Assembly: GCF_006345805.1 (NCBI RefSeq)
Contig: NW_021832292.1
Span: forward strand, 1 to 41,918
Direction of reading: 5' to 3'
DNA from: Octopus sinensis
Taxonomy: Eukaryota
Length of the DNA stretch: 41,918 nucleotides
The notes under the pieces are model-generated. The model was not told the DNA's origin. It did not search any database and saw nothing but the letters and a program-made list of their open reading frames with translations. Below, one piece after another: positions 34,662 through 41,918 of the stretch. Within the stretch, counting starts at the first letter, position 1, and the number at the start of each line of letters is the position of its first letter. The translations under genes and the position numbers were made by a program.

Positions 34662-34662
<1 letters not shown>
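34211..34662 (-). mobile_element. Probable 3' end of an L1/Tx1-type LINE embedded in (GATA)n
   Basis: Minus strand reads RWVNVARMARMNDEATLSIVL*, then a pyrimidine-rich UTR ending CTATAAAGAA; (AGAT)n on both sides. Clade is from memory only. Confidence 0.45.
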
Positions 34663-34735
<73 letters not shown>

Positions 34736-34782
34736 TGTGTATGAATACATACACACATACAGATATGTAGGTAATTTGCTAA

Positions 34783-36016
34783 GGTTGGTGCAAAGGTAAT
34801 GGCCGATGTTTTAGAAAACAGTTTTAGATGGTATTTTTTTTAATTGAGCCTCTTGCAATGTCACAATGAGTAACTTATACGTCCTTCTTTCAGATTCTAA
34901 CTGAATTTGCTATAATTTTCTGCTATATTGGCACTCATGTTCGTCCCATCTAAAGATCGCATTTCTTACTCTATGAGTTTCATAAAATAAGCACAGCAGC
35001 AAAGTCTCTTGAGAGAGTCTATGGGGATGATGTAGTGAGTGAAAGAAGTTGCAGGAGATGGTTTTCCTCACTTCAGTGATGGGGATTTGAGTTTGAAAGA
35101 CGAGCCAAAAGAAGGTCGTTCAAAACAGCTTGATTCCGAAGAGTTGGAAACTGTTGTCACAAGATCCAACCGCTACCTGTAGAGAACTTGCATACAACGT
35201 AGCCCATACAACTGTTCTACGCCAACTGAAAAGGATCGGAAAGGTTTCAGGGATTAGAAAATGTGTCCTGTACAAACTGTCTCCAGAGAGTCTGCAACAG
35301 CGTGTTGTTTGTTGTCAGTCATTGCCTTCAGGACACCTTAAGGAACCATTTTTAGGAAGGCTTGTTACAGGTGATGAGAAGTGGATCCTTTAGCGTAACG
35401 TTAAACGCTACCAATCGTGGATCAGTCGAGGAGGGAGACCTGTTCAACAACGAAGAGAAGAACTTCATCCAAGTAACATCATGTTGGGTGTATGGTGGAA
35501 TATTGGAGGAATTGTCCGTTACGAACTGTTAAACAACACTCAAACAATTACTGCTAATCTTTACTGTGATCAACTTCATCGTTTGAAAGCTGCTTTGAAC
35601 AGAAACCGACGCAGTTTAGTCAACAGAAAAGATATCATCTTCCACCATGATAACGCTCGTCCTCACATAACTCGACTGACCAAATATCTCTTGGAAGAAC
35701 TTGAATGGGAAATATTGCTTCATTCTTCATATTCTCCAGGTCTTTCGCTTCTGGTTATCACTTGTTTCGGGGAATTCAGAACCATTTGAATGATCTCACG
35801 TTGACATCAAGAAAAGAGATGCTAAATAAGTTGGATTCATATTTCGCATCATAACCTAAACAATTTTACAAGCGTTGCGTTTGTAAGCTTATTGAAAGAT
35901 GGAATGAAGTTCTGGAAAGCAATAGAAATTATGTTAACGAATAAATATTGTCTTAATCATGGGCTATTTCATTTTTAATAGAGACCTTAAAATCGGCTAT
36001 TACCTTTGCACCAACC
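34783..36016 (+). mobile_element. Full-length mariner element with both TIRs
   Basis: GGTTGGTGCAAAGGTAATGGCCGAT (34783-34807) and its inverse at 35992-36016 (24/25 match). Confidence 0.92.
34937..35944 (+). pseudogene. Mariner transposase pseudogene
   Basis: FLGRLVTGDEKWIL*, MLGVWWNIGGIVRYELL, FHHDNARPHI and LLHSSYSPGL; stops and frameshifts; includes ORFs 35130-35393 and 35481-35789. Confidence 0.92.
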
Positions 36017-36897
36017 GGATAGATATGGCTGTATATGCATATGTGCGTATATATTATATAATATGTATATATTATATGCATGTATATGTATACGCATACA
36101 AAATACACACATGTACACACACACACAGTCATATATATATATATATATAATATATATATCAATGTGCATACATGCATATATATATATACATATACATACA
36201 TATACATATACATACACACATATATATATACCAATATGTATACATATATATCTATATATTTTCCTATATATGTATGCATATGTATGTTTATATATATGTG
36301 TATATATATATATATACATCTTATATATAGAATTATATATATATACATACATATATATGCACATGTATATATACATGTGTGTATGTACTTATGTCTGTAT
36401 GTATGTATGTACGTATGCATGTGTATGTGTGTGTGTGTGTGTGCGTGCGTGTGTGCGTATACACGGATATATACAAACTATTTGTAGCTAGAAATGAATT
36501 AAGTTCAGTGCAAGTCTAAAAAAGATTGGTTTAAGAAAGATATTTCATTCTTTAGAAAATATCCAAGAAGAGGAAATGAATGAATCTGATTCTTAAGATT
36601 CTGGCAACTTTTCTTTAAATTGTTTCCTTTGGTCAAAGTCGCTTTTCCCTTCCTTCTCTCGTAGTCAAATGTAAGAAATATAAATTAGAATCCTTCATAC
36701 AGATTGACGTATAGGTGATACGTATATGTGTATGTATGTATATTTGTCTATATGTTTGTGTATGTGTAATATATATATATATATATTACATATACATATA
36801 TGTGCGTACTGGTATGTATGTGTGCGTGTCTATGTGTGTGTGTATGTGTATATATGTGTGTCTATATTTATATTGTATTATATTATGTTATAAACAT

Positions 36898-36942
<45 letters not shown>

Positions 36943-37108
36943 ACAGATATATATACTCCCAAGCATAAACACATAATGCGCGTAACTAATGTGTATTTAT
37001 GTATATATAAATAGTAAATACATTATATATATAGTATATATATATATGTGTACATATATGTATATGTATGTATATATATCTATTATATGCATATCTATCT
37101 ATCTATCA

Positions 37109-37140
<32 letters not shown>

Positions 37141-37181
37141 CTCAATCAATCTATCGATCTATCTATCTATCTATCTATCAA

Positions 37182-37250
<69 letters not shown>

Positions 37251-37480
37251 TAAATACATATATGAACAGTTGTAGTGCGTATACATGTACATTATGTGAA
37301 TGTTCGCGTGTCGTAATATATATATAATGAATGTATGTGAAAGTAATATGTATATACATATACGCGTAGATTAATTTATACAGTCATAAGTACATAAAAA
37401 CAAATGTACGCACGCACACACAGACACAGACACACACATATATATATACACACATATATACACACACGTGAGCGCGCACA
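36010..37480. repeat. Extended compound TA/TG/TATC/CT microsatellite region with a small unique island at 36490-36710
   Basis: Direct reading. Confidence 0.85.
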
Positions 37481-38045
37481 TATATATATATATATTCACG
37501 GCTTGCCTAAAAACACGACTCTTCTTTCAGCACACACACACACACACGTGTGCGTCAATTTAATTCGTATAGCAATGTCATAACGATATGAAAATTGTGA
37601 GACTTACTTAACTGAATGATAGTCGGAATGATGTATACAGAGTGATATACAGGAACTGAAAATAATCTTACGAGAACACACGAACACGATTTTACCCCCC
37701 CCCCCCACACATATACGTGTTCCGAAACACTGACGTTTATGTATGTAATTACACATATTTCTGTATCTGTATCGACATAAAATATATCTACAAATATCTA
37801 TGCATATATATGCATCTACGAATTACCATTCGCACAAAGGTGCATGTGTAAGTATGCATATGTATACTCACACACACACGCGCGCGTGCACACACATGCA
37901 AACACACATACACATCTGAGTAGAGGGACTAAAATTTGAAGAGAAGTCCCGAAATTACCTGCTACCTGTAGGTATATACGTTTAAATCTTTCTCTCTCCG
38001 TCCCTTTTTCTCACCAATCAATCAATACATCTATATATCTATCAT

Positions 38046-38089
<44 letters not shown>

Positions 38090-38241
38090 CTTACTTACCT
38101 ATCTGTCTATCTTACTATCTATCTACCTATGTATCTATCACACGCATGAGTTTACACACACACACACACACACACACACAACGATATTTAGCGTGTATAT
38201 GAATGCATGTAGATATGTAGATATGTATGTGTGTCTGAATA

Positions 38242-38277
<36 letters not shown>

Positions 38278-38286
38278 TATATATAT

Positions 38287-38324
<38 letters not shown>

Positions 38325-38939
38325 GTATATATATGTATACGCATGTAGGTATATATGTATGTATATATGTATGTATGTATATCTCTTCTTAATCAAGCGC
38401 TTCTGAACAATGTTATTTGTATGTTTTCAACAACCGAACGCGTTCGCCATATTTCCGATCGAGAGACTATCAAGAGGCGTTTCTACAAACGGTTTGAGGA
38501 AGCCAGTGTCGTGTCGGTGTAGACGGCTTTGGTGAGATTTTCTTGAACAGTAATTCAGAAAATGCTAGACTAATACTGAATGTCTGTCTTGGTATCGGAT
38601 ATTGAGGTGCCGGATGTAGGTTTAAATATACTGTCCTTTGTAAAAATGCTGACTTCGATGTGAAATGCTGACTTCGTTGCTCACTTGATAGAATATTCGT
38701 AACGTACATATATTTTATGTCCATCACTCTCTCTTTCTCTCTCTTGCCCTCTCACGCTGTCTCTGTCTCTCTTTCAGTCTCTCTCTGTCTCCCGCTCTAT
38801 CTCCGTCTATCTCTCCGTCTCTCTCTCGTAAATGCAGGAACGAAATTTCAAACACTGGTCTTCTTCTTCTGCTCCTCTTCCTTTTCTTCTGCTTCTGTTC
38901 CACTTCCTCTTCTTCCTCGCCGTCATCGTCGTTGTTATT

Positions 38940-39026
38940 TTTATTTGTAGTTGTAGTAGTAGTAGTAGTAGTAGTAGTAGTATAGTAGTAGTAGTAGTGG
39001 TGGTAGTGGTGGTGGTGGTGGTGGTG

Positions 39027-39060
<34 letters not shown>

Positions 39061-39082
39061 GAGGAGGAGGAGGAGGAGGAGG
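38940..39082. repeat. Graded trinucleotide array (TAG)n to (TGG)n to (TAG)n to (GGA)n
   Basis: Direct reading. Confidence 0.95.
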
Positions 39083-39300
39083 ACGGTGGCAAGCTGGTAG
39101 AATCGTTAGCACACCAGGCAGAATAGAATGCATAGCGGCATTTCGTCCGCTTTGACGTTCTGAGATCAAATTCCACCGAGGTCCACTTTACCTTTCATTC
39201 TTCTGGGATCGATAAATTAAACACCAGTCGAGCACTGGGGTCGATGTAATCAGTTTAACCCCACTTCAAAAGTTGCTGGCCTTGTGACAAGATTTGAAAC
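39083..39300 (+). mobile_element. SINE family B, diverged copy with variant tail
   Basis: GGTGGCAAGCTGGTAGAATCGTTAGCAC...GTTCTGAGATCAAATTCCACCGAGGTCCACTTTACCTTTCAT...CTGGGGTCGATGTAATC. Confidence 0.8.
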
Positions 39301-39637
39301 TATTATTATACTTGCACACCAATCAAATCAGGTAAAACCTGTAATGGAAAATGTTTGAAATCAGTAAAAAAGAATGTTTCTACCGTCAATCGTTTTAGCG
39401 ATGAAATTTTATGTAAAGACGTTCAATATTATACTCCCTCTTTTAACAAAAGGCAATCACGATGTGACGATACAGGCTGTGCTCCATCATGGCCACAACA
39501 TTTGGATTGAAACGCTCAAAAAATATATATACATATATAATTAGGCGTATGTGTATACACACACAGATGCACACACACGCACACACACGTGTGTGTGTGT
39601 GTATTTGTGTCTGTGTATTTCTCTCACCCTCCCCGTG

Positions 39638-39668
<31 letters not shown>

Positions 39669-40066
39669 CTAGCAGTATCGCCCGGCGTTGCTCGGGTTTG
39701 TAAGGGAAATAACTATATAAGCATTTTTAGAGATGTAAAGTATAATTGCCATCTCAATATGGCTAACCACAAAGGGGGGGGGGTGTTACTGTAGCTTTTT
39801 ACGTTCTGAGATTTAATAATAAATTTTTAGAGAGTTACTTCCCTTATATATGCCAAAAATGCATTAAAAATGGGAAAAATTGATGGTAAATTTTTTTTAA
39901 ATCGTAGACTCATTGTAGACGCGCGCTAATACCCAGAAGGGCTCGATATGAATCACGAATATAAGATACCCGGTTTTGGTTAAACTGCACCGCAAAATGT
40001 GGGAGTAGTTAGGAATCTAAATCGTAGGAGACAGACAGCACACAACCTCTCTTTTATATATAAAGA
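39669..40066 (-). mobile_element. Non-autonomous Helitron (398 bp)
   Basis: Minus strand: A|TC 5' end (40066-40065), subterminal hairpin CCCG-N8-CGGG (39681-39696), CTAG|T 3' end (39669-39672); no TSD; inserted in (TA)n. Confidence 0.85.
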
Positions 40067-40089
40067 TATATATATATTGGACTCATAAA

Positions 40090-41215
40090 AGGTGCAGCAA
40101 TATCAGAGGAAGGTTAACAGGGAAACTAACTTTTATATGTGGAAGATTACAGGTGCAATAAACGCTGTAAATGGGCAGAAAGTAGATTTCATCAACTGCC
40201 AGAGCGGCAAGCTAGACGCAGTGAATAGTTTCCGTTATCTCGGTAACCAAGGTAGTAGTGGAGGTAGATACTCCGAGAACGTTGCTGTGAGAATAAAATT
40301 AGGCTGGGCAAAGTTTACAGAGCTCCTACTCCTGCTGGGAAAAAAGGGTCTCGCTCTCAGAGTGAAAGCAGATTGTTTGATGCCTGCATGGAAACAGCTA
40401 TACTTCATAGCAGTAAAACATGGGCTGTGACAGCCGAGGACATGCGAAGGCTTGAAAGAAATGAAGCCAGTATATTTCGCTGGATGTGCAATTTCAGTGC
40501 CCATATTCAATAGAGTGTAAGCATCTTAAGAGAAAAGTTAAGCATAAGAGGCACCAGATATGGTATGCAAAAGAGACGAATGTGTATGATGTGTATGAAC
40601 GAGAAAAGCTGCATAAAGAAGTTCCGATTTCTTACTGTGGAAGGAACCTGTGGTAGAGGTAGAGCAAAGAGAAATGGGACGAGGTGGTGAAGCATGATTT
40701 TCGAACTTTGAGCATCACAGAGGCAATGTCTAGTCACAATGTCACAGAGGCAATGTCAGAGGCAGTCACCGAGACCTTTGGCGATGTGCTGTGCTTGAGA
40801 GGACCCGTAAAATCAAGTGCACCCGTGCTGATGTCACATAAAGAACACCTTTCTAGCGTTGGGCCTCACAGAGGCGAAGTGGCTGATGTTCTTCGAGTGT
40901 TGGGCCTCACAGAGGTAATGACCAAGGCTTTTGGCGTTATCGCTTGCTTGAGAAAACCCATCAAGCCGAACAAAATCGCAGTCGTGACAGACACCGTGTC
41001 ACGCAAATTGGAACCCGTGCCAGTGGAACATCAAGTAACCCCGTTGCACGTAAAAGCACCCATTACACTCTCGTAGTGGTTGGTGTTAGGAAGGGCATCC
41101 AGCCGTGGAAAAACCATGCCAACTCAGACTGGAGTCTGATGCAGCCTTCCAGCGTGCCAGCCCAGTCAAACCGTCCAACTTATGCTAACATGGACAACGC
41201 ACGTGAAACGATGCT
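40090..41215 (+). mobile_element. RTE-clade LINE 3' fragment with a repeated terminal segment and 3' UTR
   Basis: VNSFRYLG, RIKLGWAKF, SKTWAVTAEDMRRLERNE, EGTCGRGR and WDEVVKHDFRTLSITEAM; later LGLTEVMT; ends in a GAT-type tail. Confidence 0.85.
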
Positions 41216-41264
41216 GCTGATGATGTTGATTATATATATATATATAGATATATATATATATTAC

Positions 41265-41440
41265 AAGCGATGCTGTGTGTTTACGTCCCCGTAACTTAAT
41301 TGTTTCGGTAAAAGAGACCGATAGAATAAGTACTAGGCTTACAAAGATAAGTCCTGGGGTCAATTTGCTCGACTAAAAGAGGCAGTGCTCCAGGCCTGGC
41401 CCCAATCAAATGACTGAAACAAGTAAAAGAGTAAGACTAA
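41265..41440 (+). mobile_element. SINE family A tail
   Basis: CGATGCTGTGTGTTTACGTCCCCGTAACTTA...GATAGAATAAGTACTAGGC...AAACAAGTAAAAGAG. Confidence 0.85.
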
Positions 41441-41918
41441 GAGTATATGTTTTAATGTATGAAGTTACATATCTTCACGGCGTTGTTTTAGTATGTTAAC
41501 CGTTTCGATTGTGCCTGAGATTTGAACCCAAATCCAGAATAATATGGAACTGCCCCCTCTCTTCATCTATGTCTGTCTGTCTGTCTCGCTTTCTCTCATG
41601 TTTTCTCTTTCTATTCTTTCACTGATTCCACCATTTCCGTTTCTCTCTTTGTCTCCCCTTCTCCCTCTATGTATTTATTTTCCCGTTCGTAACGCACGGA
41701 CAAAACAGACAAGACCACAATAGCATATTATAGATGATGTTCAAGAAGATCGAGTTTATTAGCTACTGTGTATATACGAGAAAAAATAGGGCGTATAATG
41801 CAATTAATGCTAAATTGGATAATCTAAATGTCAATGGGAAATATTGTAATGGAAAAATTATTTCTTAATGGTAAAAATTAATTGTATGAAAAATAAAGCT
41901 AATTTTTTCCATTTTTTT

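Noticed and set aside
38420-38727. Unique-looking stretch with an 85-aa minus ORF, palindrome CGAACGCGTTCG and an AATATGGCG motif
   Set aside because: No recognisable domain and no convincing splice sites in any frame.
1-41918. Prokaryotic-type defence system, Fanzor/TnpB or other intact novel enzyme ORF
   Set aside because: The longest non-repetitive ORF is 189 aa and belongs to a decayed LINE; no RuvC or other nuclease motif outside the known transposon pieces was seen.

Overview
An AT-rich, repeat-saturated eukaryotic window, most likely cephalopod (octopus-like). That call is inferred from memory of these SINE families plus the extreme microsatellite density, not from a search. I cannot support any intact host protein-coding gene: most ORFs in the track are microsatellite or SINE artefacts. 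Supported content: (i) three decayed R4/Dong-type non-LTR retrotransposon pieces (RT FMDD motif, CCHC knuckle, PD..D restriction-like endonuclease), two of them head-to-tail in (TAA)n arrays; (ii) three RTE-clade LINE fragments and a possible Tx1/L1-type 3' end in (GATA)n; (iii) an internally deleted Tc1 with 40-bp TIRs, two mariner pseudogenes and a non-autonomous Helitron; (iv) more than 20 copies of three tRNA-headed SINE families (here A, B, C) that nest in each other and share modules; (v) a 1.1-kb tandem duplication that looks like an assembly artefact; (vi) three long fold-back elements at 4.1-5.3 kb. The best unexplained signal is inside the third fold-back: an inverted pair of minimal type I hammerhead ribozymes (4977-5016 minus, 5093-5133 plus) with a compensatory U3-A8 core, probably from a Penelope-like element. 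A degenerate 160-200-bp tandem repeat at 16.2-16.8 kb carries a partial hammerhead core. Candidate host exons are reported at low confidence only. Most element boundaries are approximate (read by eye).
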